A stretch of 64,000 nt of DNA, taken from assembly GCF_009914755.1 (NCBI RefSeq), contig NC_060926.1. One strand, written 5' to 3'. The notes beneath the pieces were generated by a model, which searched no databases, was not told the DNA's origin, and saw only the letters and a list, made by a program, of their open reading frames with translations. Positions 27,303-39,341 of the stretch are shown here, in pieces. Within the stretch, counting starts at the first letter, position 1. Each line of letters begins with the position of its first letter. Source of the stretch: the human T2T-CHM13v2.0 reference genome, Homo sapiens. Both the position numbers and the translations under genes were made by a program.

Positions 27303-28961
27303 TCTTTAATGAGCCGGACCACAACCCCAGACCATATCCTCTTCATAGAAGTTTCCCTCACCAAAGGAAACAGAGAACTAAGATTCCCACCTCCTTCCCC
27401 TCCCTTACCCAAGCAAAGCCTTGTCAAATAATTTCAGAAATTGTCCAAAACTGTAAAACTCAACTTCTGACAAAAGTATAGCTTTTAATATTTGACAATT
27501 TGTATTAAAACAAAAATGACCTTCTTGGTTAGCAGCGAAGGGAAAAAAATCAATAGTATAATTTTCAATAATTCATAAAGCGAACGCCATTATGGTAAAT
27601 TTAACTATTAATCTTATCCTTTACAAAGTCTCGATTGATTTGTTAATAAAGTATCTTCCCGTGTGTGGCAACAGCGGGCATAACTCTTTAAAAACCTTCA
27701 GAAGCAAGAAAATTACCAAGTAGCCCAAGAATGTAGATGAGAATTTTATTGATCGCCCTGATTCTTCTTAATATGTATTAATAAATTCCACAACCTTTTG
27801 TACCTTGCACTTGTCAGAAACCAGTGCTTTTACAAAATCCATAAAAGGAAAACATTTTTCTTTGCAGAAGAACCAAAATGACACCTTTGCATTTCTCTCT
27901 GTCCTTCTTGGCCCAGTCAGTTTTCTAAAACTTCTGGATTCTGAGGGTCAGAGTTTCCCCTTTTCTTAAATTATTTTTTCCTTTCTTCCTTCCTGTTTGC
28001 CCTCCATTATCAGGGTGTGGGGAGAGAAACCTCTGTTTAGTTCTCCTACAGGGAGCCCGAGGGACGCTTTCGCGGATAGTGAACTGCTGGCAAAGAATTG
28101 TCTCTGGGCTGAAAGCTCCCAGAGGTCCGGCCCCGCAGAGGTCAGGGTGTGGTTCCTCTGAGAGCCGAAGCCTCGTGTAGCCCTCCGGGGCGCATAGGAA
28201 CCCGGAGCCAGGCAGGAGGACCGAGCGGGAGGACAACGCAGGGACCAACCCATCCATGGGGATCCGGGCCCGGCCAGCTGCTTGGCCTCCCGGCCCTCGC
28301 GGCCCTTTTTGCCTCCGCCCTCCTAGAGACACCTTGGCCGCTTCTTAGCCCCAAGGGATCTTTCCTTTGGACCCCTGGGGTGGGATGTCTCAGGGCCCGC
28401 GGAATCCGACTCACCTTCCCGCTGGGCTGCCCGGGACTAAATTAACCAGCCTGCGCCCCCACCCGCTTGTCCTGGACCCGGCCCTCTTAAGCGCGTTCTG
28501 CCTGGTTGTGTGTGGGGGGAATGCTTCTGTGCGCTGGCGCCAGGGCACTCTGGCTTCCCTCCCCGTCCGTGCGTGTCCACTTGGAGGCCCCTAGAGCTGA
28601 GACTTTCCTTCCGCCGGTTGGGCCCAGGGGCCGAAGCGGGGGACGCGAGTGGGGCGGGCTGGCCGAGCGAGCCCTGGAGAGGCGGACAGGAGGGCGGCGG
28701 AGAGCGCTGGGCCGGTTGTCTCCAGCGCGCACTATCGCGGGCGCGTAGTAGATGTCGCTGTTGTCCGTGCTTACCCGGCCGGCCGGCCAGGCTCTGGAGC
28801 ACGTGACCCGAGAGGAGGCTGCGGCTCAAGGCCATTTTCAAATCTCATTGGCTTGGTTGTCATGTGGTCGGCAGAGGCATCCACAATTACACGGGGAATG
28901 TTTTCCTAGAGATGTCAGCCTACAAAGGACACAATCTCTCTTCTTCAAATTCTTCCCCAAA

Positions 28962-29706
28962 ATGTCCTTTCCCAACAGCTCTCCTGCTGCTAATACTTTT
29001 TTAGTAGATTCCTTGATCAGTGCCTGCAGGAGTGACAGTTTTTATTCCAGCAGCGCCAGCATGTACATGCCACCACCTAGCGCAGACATGGGGACCTATG
29101 GAATGCAAACCTGTGGACTGCTCCCGTCTCTGGCCAAAAGAGAAGTGAACCACCAAAATATGGGTATGAATGTGCATCCTTATATACCTCAAGTAGACAG
29201 TTGGACAGATCCGAACAGATCTTGTCGAATAGAGCAACCTGTTACACAGCAAGTCCCCACTTGCTCCTTCACCACCAACATTAAGGAAGAATCCAATTGC
29301 TGCATGTATTCTGATAAGCGCAACAAACTCATTTCGGCCGAGGTCCCTTCGTACCAGAGGCTGGTCCCTGAGTCTTGTCCCGTTGAGAACCCTGAGGTTC
29401 CCGTCCCTGGATATTTTAGACTGAGTCAGACCTACGCCACCGGGAAAACCCAAGAGTACAATAATAGCCCCGAAGGCAGCTCCACTGTCATGCTCCAGCT
29501 CAACCCTCGTGGCGCGGCCAAGCCGCAGCTCTCCGCTGCCCAGCTGCAGATGGAAAAGAAGATGAACGAGCCCGTGAGCGGCCAGGAGCCCACCAAAGTC
29601 TCCCAGGTGGAGAGCCCCGAGGCCAAAGGCGGCCTTCCCGAAGAGAGGAGCTGCCTGGCTGAGGTCTCCGTGTCCAGTCCCGAAGTGCAGGAGAAGGAAA
29701 GCAAAG
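28962..29706 (+). CDS. HOXD10: Homeobox protein Hox-D10, coding exon 1
   Basis: ATG at 28962 ([23 protein letters not shown]). Hox10 motifs [10 protein letters not shown] and [13 protein letters not shown]. Donor AAG|GTCGGT after 29706; 745 nt. Confidence 0.97.
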
Positions 29707-30971
29707 GTCGGTATGAGCAGAGTTACCACCCCAGCGGGGCGCGCAGCCCGGGAACCCGGCAGAGAGGGAGTGCCGGGGTGCCCAGCGCCGAGCCGGAGCC
29801 CGACTTGGCAGGTGCTGCTCCGCCTGGTTTTAGAGGGGTGATCTCAGCCCTGAGATAGTCCCCGCTTCTCCCCTGCTGCCCTGGCCCTCTCCGCCAGTCC
29901 TGGCCCCACGCTGATGGCGCCCGGGCAGAGGAAAAGCTTGCCGGTTTTATTTTTCCTGAGCTAGACCTGAACACAACAAAAGAGCGCAAAGGAGACCTGC
30001 GGCTCATAAACACGACCACAGAGCCTCTTTTCTCCTGCTCAGATTTGCAGTTCCAGTTTTGCCTTGAGCCCAATGATCATGTTAAGGTGATCCAGGGCAC
30101 CGTGTTCGTGTTCAAGTGTATGCACCCCGCATCCTGCGAGCTTGGGGGTGGTGAGGGGAAAGAGATGGCTGGGCTGGTTGGTGCTTGAGTTGGGAAACAG
30201 GGCTTACTGCCTTTGCTGGGCTAGGTAACCTTGGCTTTGTTTAGGAAAAGTGCTGCAGTCTTTGCAATCCGTCGGCAAAGAGGGCAAAGGCGGAGGGGGA
30301 GAGTGGAACCCGCATTGCCCTCCCTGCAAGGCCAGCCTTAGGGCTGGGCTAAGGCAAAGAGCCAGGGATCTGGCTTTTTGAGAAGGAACCCTCCTCCTCT
30401 CCCCCAGTGCTTAGAGGTGGGCCACAGTAGGGGGCTCCCTTTCTGGGGGAATGCTTTAGTGTGGGGGCAAGAAGACATGAAAATTAAGGAAATTCTGGGG
30501 AATGCAACAATACCCAGGCAAGGTGGGGGAAGGTGTCTCGCTTCCCCATTTATCTTTTGAAAGAGAATGGGCACCTATAAACCTGACTGTCAGGATTCCT
30601 GACTGCCTAGGAGAGGTGGGGAAGAAGTGGCAGATTTGGGGACCTGAGGCAGCAGTGGGGTTGGTAGGCTTGTCCAGGTCGTGGCGTATTCCCCTCCGTC
30701 CCTGTTAGGAGCTGAACCCTTAGAATGTTGCTGGGGAGATCTGGAAAGTTTACTATTCTACTAATGTTTTGTACAAGTGAGAAAGTTGAAAGAGAGAGCG
30801 AGAACCCAAATGCAGACTGTCCTGCCATCATGTCATTTAAGTAATGTGGCATCAATGTAAGATTCCCTTCCAAGGCCCACTTCATGTGAGTAATGTTTAA
30901 TACTAGCATTTTCCAAAGCGGCCTGGCTGCCAGCAGGGTCACGGCCAAGGGTACATTTGAACAGTCTGAAG

Positions 30972-31041
30972 AAAAAAACAAAAACGAAAACCAAAACCAA
31001 AACCAAAACCAAAACAAAAACAAAAACAAACAAACAAAAAA
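30972..31041. repeat. (CCAAAA/CAAAA)n A-rich simple repeat in the HOXD10 intron
   Basis: Direct reading. Confidence 0.85.
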
Positions 31042-31081
31042 CCTCTTGATTTTTTTCTTCTTCTCCCTTTAATTTTGTTAG

Positions 31082-31359
31082 AGGAAATCAAGTCTGATAC
31101 ACCAACCAGCAATTGGCTCACTGCAAAGAGTGGCAGAAAGAAGAGGTGCCCTTACACTAAGCACCAAACGCTGGAATTAGAAAAAGAGTTCTTGTTCAAT
31201 ATGTACCTCACCCGCGAGCGCCGCCTAGAGATCAGTAAGAGCGTTAACCTCACCGACAGGCAGGTCAAGATTTGGTTTCAAAACCGCCGAATGAAACTCA
31301 AGAAGATGAGCCGAGAGAACCGGATCCGAGAACTGACCGCCAACCTCACGTTTTCTTAG
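31082..31359 (+). CDS. HOXD10: Hox-D10 coding exon 2 (homeodomain)
   Basis: Acceptor ttttgttag ends at 31081. Encodes [38 protein letters not shown]...[14 protein letters not shown]. Total 1023 nt = 340 aa. Confidence 0.97.
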
Positions 31360-31562
31360 GTCTGAGGCCGGTCTGAGGCCGGTCAGAGGCCAGGATTGGA
31401 GAGGGGGCACCGCGTTCCAGGGCCCAGTGCTGGAGGACTGGGAAAGCGGAAACAAAACCTTCACCGCTCTTTGTTTGTTGTTTTGTTGTATTTTGTTTTC
31501 CTGCTAGAATGTGACTTTGGGGTCATTATGTTCGTGCTGCAAGTGATCTGTAATCCCTATGA

Positions 31563-31563
<1 letters not shown>

Positions 31564-31601
<38 letters not shown>
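31564..31601. repeat. (TA)~19 microsatellite in the HOXD10 3'UTR
   Basis: Direct reading. Confidence 0.95.
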
Positions 31602-31605
<4 letters not shown>

Positions 31606-31640
31606 TAGCACGTGTAATTTATTATTTTTTCATCGTAATG

Positions 31641-31647
31641 CAGGGTA
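31641..31647 (+). promoter_or_regulatory. miR-10 seed site (7mer-A1) in the HOXD10 3'UTR
   Basis: CAGGGTA matches miR-10b nt 2-7 plus A1. HOXD10 is a reported miR-10b target. Confidence 0.75.
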
Positions 31648-32053
31648 ACTATTATTGCGCATTTTCATTTGGGTCTTAACTTATTGGAACTGTAGAGCAT
31701 CCATCCATCCATCCATCCAGCAATGTGACTTTTTCATGTCTTTCCTAACACAAAAGGTCTATGTGTGTGGTTAGTCCATGAACTCATGGCATTTTGAATA
31801 CATCCAGTACTTTAAAAATGACATATATATTTAAAAAAAAAAGATTAAGAAAACCCACAAGTTGGAGGGAGGGGGACTTAAAAAGCACATTACAATGTAT
31901 CTTTTCACAAATGAATTTAGCAGTTGTCCTTGGTGAGATGGGATATTGGCGATTTATGCCTTGTAGCCTTTCCCTTGTGGTGCATCTGTGGTTTGGTAGA
32001 AGTACAACAGCAACCTGTCCTTTCTGTGCATGTTCTGGTCGCATGTATAATGC

Positions 32054-32059
32054 AATAAA
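32054..32059 (+). terminator. Probable HOXD10 polyadenylation signal
   Basis: AATAAA with an upstream TGTA motif, ~700 nt after the stop. Confidence 0.7.
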
Positions 32060-34792
32060 CTCTGGAAATGAGTTCACTCCCTCTGCTTTCTGAAATGGAA
32101 ATATGTTATGGTGGAAATGAAAGCCTATGGTGAGATTATCTTCTGGTTACACTCCCTGTTTGGGGCATTTGGGCAGGGGAGTGATAGACTAGTAGGGGAA
32201 GGGAGATGGGGGAGAAAAGCTGGAGGAGGCCTAGGGTGTTGGATTTTGGCAGTGGTTGGGGGAGAGGAATTATAAGCTAGCTTGAGAGTGAAGTTTTCAT
32301 AATTGGGAGGAAGGGGAGTCTCCTCTTTCCTTTCCCAGTCCCCAGTGATAGTAACATAATTGCGCTCTCAATGGGTGTGAGCTTTCCTCTGGCCTGAACC
32401 TGGTAAGTAAGCCTATACCCCAAGCCACTTTCTCCTCAAAGCTTCCCATTTGTGTGTTTTCTCCTCTTTGGTTTTGGTTGTGTTGTTTTTAATGCTTTCA
32501 GTGGCATCTTGGTGATTTCTGGCTGGCGAGCAATCATCAGGGGCTAGGTTGAAGCTAGTCTTGCCCACCTGGAAGTTGCCGGCCTCCATTACAGGAGCAA
32601 GGACAAACAGCAGTGTAGCACTGCAGCGGATCCAATTCTGCCCCCTTTCCCTCAGCCCTACCCCCATCCCAAGCGCAAGACAGCCAGACCCCAGAGAAGC
32701 CGAGGATGGGTGAGTTTTCCCATCCCACTTCGCCTTGATCTCCTTGTGGACGGGTTTTATGCTCAGTCATTACCTTTTAGTGGCCCACATGAAATTTTGT
32801 TAAAGGAAGAAATGAAAAGATTTTCCCCAGTCAGTCTTTCCTCTATTTAATTACAAAATGCTGGTGGGAACTGCTGCATCTGGGATGCAAGAAAATGCAG
32901 AAAGGGTGACTGAAAATTTTGCAAATGAACATGACTTCCCATGAAGTCTAATGTTCCATTCGCTGCCATGGTCCAGGGGACTCCCACCAGCTTCCACCGG
33001 CTTCAACAGGATCTCCACTAGAGAGCCCAGACTTATCTAGTCCTGTCGGGGAAAAGGGAGAAGAGGCCTTGCAGGAGAAAGCTAACAGAAAATTCGTTAC
33101 CCGAGGTCCTGCCTGCAGTTTCAAATAGCTTCCAGCAGTTTTACAAAACACATCCTTTCCATTTCTTCCTTTTAAATGTTTCCCTAAGAACGATCCATTT
33201 AGGTGCTATAAGTCCTCAGCCAGGGAGTCTCTGGGACACTGGCATTCAAAATTTTAAACTTCCGCCCCAAAACCAGGAACATTCCAAGACAGAACTCTTT
33301 TAGGGGGCCATTTCCTGGGGGTGGGGGAGAGGGCTTGGAATCAATGCTAGATTGAAAACGTTGTAATAGCTTTGCCCCAGACTTAACACCGGTTGGGCAG
33401 GAGGAGGGTAATTTTTATTTAGCCGTTTCTCCGATCATGTGGGGAATACCATTAGCTGTTGATAGCGGGCCATGTATCCGAGGAAAGCCTGAGCTACAAG
33501 GCAAAGGCATCCCATCTGGAACAAAATCAGAAAGCTATTGGCAAAGGTAATCAATCAGGCCATAAATAGCCATTTACCCGCTTCCTTTTCGGGGCTGGAG
33601 GTGGGCCGGGAGCCCTCCAAGGGTGAGCTGGGCAACTTGTAGAGCAAGGAATATGCCCTCCGCTGCCGGCGCCCCGGCCGCTTTTGTCTGGGCTCCCAGC
33701 CGGGCTTCCGAGGCTTTGTACCATGGATTTGGGAGTGACAATGGGCATTTCCCTCAGATTCAAGGCTGCTCAACCTCACCTCTGTAGGGGGAAAAAAATC
33801 AGAAGGGAGTGTCCCAAGGACCTAGCCATTCGGCCGAATTTTTTAGACATTTTGGGAGTCTCCTCCGAGGCCTTTAAGTGCGAACCGCGCGAAGCGGCCC
33901 TGCCCGGGGAGACTCGCTGAGGCAGGGCTGAGGCGGCGGGCGGGAGCAAGCTGCTCTAGCATTTGGGTTCTGCCCTGTGGCGTGTTCTCTTCCAGGGCCT
34001 TTCCAGCATCATCGGAGAAGACGAAGCACCCTGGCCGCCACTGTCCGTGCTGCGCCAACTCGCCCGGCCGCCCGCCCTTCCGAGGGCAGGCAGAAGCCCC
34101 TCTGTGTCCTCCACCGCCGCGCCCCGGCTCGCCCCTCGGGCCGCGGCGTGTGCCCAGCCTCACGTCGGGGTGTGTGTGGCCGCGCGGGCGTGTGTGAGTG
34201 TGGCAGGGGGAGGGGGCCCTCCGATCTGCTCCATCCGTCCGTTTTATTAGGGACACATTAATCTATAATCAAATACACCTCATAAAATTTTTATTGAAAG
34301 GCATAATATCATTACAGAGGTCTTCCACCTGTTTTAAACAACACGACAAGCTGTGAGCAAGCGTGTGTGTGGGGATGTGTGGGGAGGGGTGGGTGTGAGT
34401 AGGGAGAGAGGCGAGGGGAGAACAGCTCCCCTCGGGCGCTAGGGGCCGCCCCGAGGGCCCGCCTGCCTCGGGCGACACCGGCCTGGCGCCCCCGCGGCCG
34501 CTCCGTGTGCCCTGGACGCGCCGCCCGCGGCTCGGAAGCTGGAGAGTCAGCGACGGGGCCCGACTGCGGGACCGAGGGCTGCAAGAAGAAGCGAACAAAT
34601 AGTCCCCAGCGCCTCCTCTGGATGCTGTCGCGTCTGTGGTCCTGGCAGCCGCTGGGCGGGCCAGGCCAGGTCGGGCCGGGCCGAGCCGGGCACATGGACC
34701 TGGGCCTGCGGGCTCTAATTGCGGCGCTTATGTTGATGATTTTTTTTTTAATCACAGCAGCCCCCAGTTTAGCGGACTGATTTACTCCCGGT

Positions 34793-34830
34793 ATTGGTAA
34801 ATATGATCACGTGGGCCGCGCGACCAATGG
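34793..34830 (+). promoter_or_regulatory. HOXD9 proximal promoter: ATTGG - E-box - CCAAT
   Basis: ATTGG 34793-34797, CACGTG 34808-34813, CCAAT 34824-34828. Confidence 0.7.
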
Positions 34831-34902
34831 TGGAGGCTGCAGCCTGCGAACTAGTCGGTGGCTCGGGCGCCGGCGGGGAGCTGCTCGGCGGCGGACAGTG
34901 TA

Positions 34903-35722
34903 ATGTTGGGTGGGAGTGCGGGACGCCTCAAAATGTCTTCCAGTGGCACCCTCAGCAACTACTACGTGGACTCGCTTATAGGCCATGAGGGCGACGAGGT
35001 GTTCGCGGCGCGCTTCGGGCCGCCGGGGCCAGGCGCGCAGGGCCGGCCTGCAGGTGTGGCTGATGGCCCGGCCGCCACCGCCGCCGAGTTCGCCTCGTGT
35101 AGTTTTGCCCCCAGATCGGCCGTGTTCTCTGCCTCGTGGTCCGCGGTGCCCTCCCAGCCCCCGGCAGCGGCGGCGATGAGCGGCCTCTACCACCCGTACG
35201 TTCCCCCGCCGCCCCTGGCCGCCTCTGCCTCCGAGCCCGGCCGCTACGTGCGCTCCTGGATGGAGCCGCTGCCCGGCTTCCCGGGCGGTGCGGGCGGTGG
35301 CGGTGGTGGTGGAGGCGGCGGTCCGGGCCGCGGTCCCAGCCCTGGCCCCAGCGGCCCAGCCAACGGGCGCCACTACGGGATTAAGCCTGAAACCCGAGCG
35401 GCCCCGGCCCCCGCCACGGCCGCCTCCACCACCTCCTCCTCCTCCACTTCCTTATCCTCCTCCTCCAAACGGACTGAGTGCTCCGTGGCCCGGGAGTCCC
35501 AGGGGAGCAGCGGCCCCGAGTTCTCGTGCAACTCGTTCCTGCAGGAGAAGGCGGCAGCGGCGACGGGGGGAACCGGGCCTGGGGCAGGGATCGGGGCCGC
35601 GACTGGGACGGGCGGCTCGTCGGAGCCCTCAGCTTGCAGCGACCACCCGATCCCAGGCTGTTCGCTGAAGGAGGAGGAGAAGCAGCATTCGCAGCCGCAG
35701 CAGCAGCAGCAACTTGACCCAA
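34903..35722 (+). CDS. HOXD9: Homeobox protein Hox-D9, coding exon 1
   Basis: ATG at 34903 (MLGGSAGRLK) with a second in-frame ATG at 34933 (MSSSGTLSNYYVDSLI, the conserved Hox9 start). Motifs RYVRSWMEP and HYGIKPE. Donor CAA|GTAAGT after 35722; 820 nt. Confidence 0.95.
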
Positions 35723-36070
35723 GTAAGTGCAAAAGAAATTGCCCCCTGATTTATTGCTGAAACCTGTAAGGCTCGAATGTGCAAAACTGATAGTTTTACT
35801 AACCTATAAAAACGTCTAGACGCCTACCCAAGCCTAGGCGAACAACATGCATCCATAAAAAGAGCTTCCCATAACCACCTACCCTGGGCGCTCAGTTAGT
35901 ACGGTAAACAGAGCGCGAGCATTAAGGCTTTTTATGATAATTCCCCACAAGTTGTGAAAAGCGACCATCCTTGGTGAAATTAATTTAACGACCTCTCTTC
36001 CCCACCCTGTGGTCTCTCCCTGCCTCCCCTCCTCTCCTCTCTCCCCGTCTCCAAACCTCCCTCTTTGTAG

Positions 36071-36312
36071 ACAACCCCGCCGCGAACTGGATCCACGCTC
36101 GCTCCACCCGGAAAAAGCGCTGTCCCTACACCAAATACCAGACGCTTGAGCTGGAGAAAGAATTCCTCTTCAACATGTACCTCACCCGGGACCGGCGCTA
36201 CGAGGTGGCCAGGATTCTCAACCTAACAGAGAGACAGGTCAAAATCTGGTTTCAGAACCGTAGGATGAAAATGAAAAAGATGAGCAAGGAGAAATGCCCC
36301 AAAGGAGACTGA
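36071..36312 (+). CDS. HOXD9: Hox-D9 coding exon 2 (homeodomain); absent from the supplied ORF track
   Basis: Acceptor ctctttgtag ends at 36070. Manual translation: [79 protein letters not shown]. Total 1062 nt = 353 aa. Confidence 0.97.
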
Positions 36313-37028
36313 CCCGGCGCGGTGCTGGCGGGAGCGCTCAAGGGCAGCGGATTTGTTGTTGTTGCTGTTTTCCTTTGTGGGTGTTTGGTGCTTGATTTCC
36401 AGAAACTCTCCAGCGACTTGGACTTCTTCTTTTTTTTTTTTTTCTTTTTAGATAGAAGTGACTGTGTGGTTGGTCTCTGAGGTATTTGGGGGACTCTGTA
36501 TTTGCTCGTTTACGTGTTGGAAAAACCAAGTGGCTTTGGGGTTTCGCCCTATCCCACTCCCTCTCTTTCCTGCTCCATTGGTTCCTTAAGAAATGCTATA
36601 TTTTGTGAGTGCAAGCTGGCTTGGGGAGCCCTCTCTTGTGTAAATGTCCCCCATGTTTCTGAAAAGTGCTGTAGTTTAGTCCCCTCACCCCCAGCACTGC
36701 CCAAACAGGGGCCAAGTGCGCCCCAATTCCAAGAATGAAGGCAGAGCGACAACAGTGCGGACACCCCGGCTGCTAGCCCACGGTGAAGCCCGGCGGGGTT
36801 GCCCACCAGTTGCGAAAGCCCCCTTTCCTCAGGGAGCACGCGGGACCTCGGTGGAGATCTCCAGTGAGGCTTAGAGGAGCCCAGGGCCTCGGGCGGGTTG
36901 GGGTTTGTCCTCAGTGCATTGGACGCGCTGCTCTCTCCCCTGAAGGCTGGGCTCGCGTGGGCGGCCGCGGGTGGTGGCCCTCCCGGTTCCTGCCCGAGGA
37001 CCAGTTGTAAATGTTACTGCTTCCTACT

Positions 37029-37034
37029 AATAAA
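37029..37034 (+). terminator. Probable HOXD9 polyadenylation signal
   Basis: AATAAA ~720 nt after the stop, with GT-rich sequence downstream. Confidence 0.65.
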
Positions 37035-39341
37035 TGCTGACCTGATCAAATGGAGCCCAGACGCTGGCCCTAAACATTGTGTGCCTGCTTTCTCTGCCTC
37101 TCTGCAAAATATCACACTCAGGATATTTCTCCTCTACCCCTGGGAGTGAGACATTGTTAAAAATTCAGGGCCCTTCCACCTGACAGATCTCTCTGATGTG
37201 TCTCTGCCTTCTCTGCCTCACATCCCTTTGTGTAGGCAGATGCAGCAGCACAGACCCTGTGGGGGGACATTGGTGCCTCCCCAAGCCTGGTTCAAGGTCC
37301 TCCACGAACTCTGTGCTTGGGCCCAGTGTTAGCCTTGCAGAAGCGCCCAGAAGAGCCAGCAGGCCCCAGAAGCCAGGCACTTTCAGGCTGGGGCTTGGGT
37401 ACACAGCACCCTAACCTTCCCTGGGCTCCTGAAGCCCCAGATGCCAAACCCCTCTCCAAACAAGGGAAAGGCCAACTCTACACTCTGGAGCAACTGTCCC
37501 AGCTCGGTGGGGCTAGCTGGCTCCGGGAGGTCCCAGCTGGTCAGGCTGTGAGCTTCTGCTCCTCCCCACCAAAGCCCCAAAGTGACCTTAGCGATCAAAA
37601 TGGTCAAGGCTCTCCTCCCCAGCCACCTCCATTTCACCGCCCCCTTCCCCCCACCCAGCTTCTGTGTATGTTTAGCCCCCAGCTTGGCCCTCTGAGGGCT
37701 GCATTCAGGGGCTAAAATGAAGGTCATTGTAAGTGAGGGTTTGGGTGAGCACAGCATTTGCAGGCCAAAGAGGCAGCACTGCCAAGTGGCCTGAGCTGGG
37801 TGGAAGGTGGGGGCGGTGGCAGAGATCTTGGGGGATCCCAATGAAAGAGGGGACGCGAAGAAAAAGCATAGGGGGGCTGGGAGGGAAAGCCAAGGAAGGC
37901 CCAGATCCGGCAGAAGGTGCTGCGCACCCCTGCCACTGTGGCCAGCTCGGTACCTAGGGCTCTTTGAAAACAGGAAGAGCCGAGGTGTCATAAAGCCATC
38001 TAGCGGGCCAGACGTCTGGAGGTAATGAGTTTACGACAGGCCCAGTGCTTTGCTTTGAAACCATCTCATTTTGATGTTTGTGTTTGTGGGAGAAAAGGAA
38101 AAATGCAGACAAAACTGGGTCTTAAAATCTAGACAATAAAATATAAACAAGACTGCGTTGGACCAAGAAGGCAGGGGCATGGGAGCCCCCAGGTGAGGTG
38201 TGAGCACCTAGGAAGTAAACATGAAAGAGGTAGGAAGGAAGAGGTGAATGAATTTCTGATTTTTGAAATGAACCAGGTAATGGAAGTAGCCTAAGGAGAT
38301 GGCATTTTACAATATTTTGACTATGACCACGGTTTAGCTGGTTCTTTAGAAACAAACAAACAAAAAAATTGGCCTGTTATCTGGGGATAGGGTGGTTAGT
38401 GATCTTAGGTCATTTACCCAGGTGAGAGTCTCCCAGAAGTGTGGTTCGCGGGAAAAGATGAAGTTAGATGCCTATTCACAAGAATCTCTGGCCCTCCACT
38501 CCAAACTTTGAAGCAAAATGTTGTTGAAATTTATGTCTATTCACTTATAAAAAAATACAATTGTTACACCTAAACTGGAGGAAAGCAGTTTTGAAGATGA
38601 GTAAAAAGATTAACCTAACAGGAAACACTTAAGCCAATTGAATAGTCATTGCTTTTAAAAAAAATTCTAGTGGAATGCTTAGTTCAATGACTTTTGATAT
38701 ATATTTTTAAAATCCCATTTATTGTCCATAGAAATTCCAACAAACAGAAGCGCAAAGGGACTTTCCAGACAGCCACTCAGAGATCCAGCAAAAAGCTTTT
38801 GATTTGGCTTCGATTCCCCCCAAAATCGGCCACCTAAGTGGGCCCCAAAGCATTAAAGTTACAGTGTTAAAGTAGCAAATATTCATGATTTAATCCTAAA
38901 AGTAACAGCTGTAAGAGAAAAACAAAAACATAACAATACTTGATTTCTGTAATTTCTTGGTTGCCAAAGTGTCTGGTTCCTCTGGAAAATAAAAAGCCTC
39001 TTGGCAGTTGATATTTAGAAAGTTGTAGGTTTTGTTAAATCTAGCCTGTCCTATAATTGTTTTAAAAGGCACAGCTGGGCGGTTACAGCATGGGGACTTT
39101 TGGTGTCTGGCAAAAGAAGGGCTGGAAGCTTTTGGAAAAGACACTACTGGAAGCTGTTGGGAGCACTGATTAGAATATCCTAGGCATGCAGGAGCTCCTG
39201 CTTGCTGCTCTTGACTTGTTGACAGTCACAGGAATGAAGCATTATTAGTGTCAGCAGTCCAAGCCCCAAATTGAAGAATGAGATTAGAATTGGTTTGAGA
39301 TGAATAAAAATTAAATTCAGTGGACTGGAGGTCGCATTTGG

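Noticed and set aside
28752-28961. In-frame ATG giving a 70-aa N-terminal extension of HOXD10
   Set aside because: Lies upstream of the E-box/CCAAT promoter motifs, so it is probably not in the mRNA. The conserved Hox10 N-terminus starts at 28962.
32100-34800. Expected position of a miR-196 paralogue between Hox10 and Hox9
   Set aside because: I found no TAGGTAGTTT mature sequence or hairpin.
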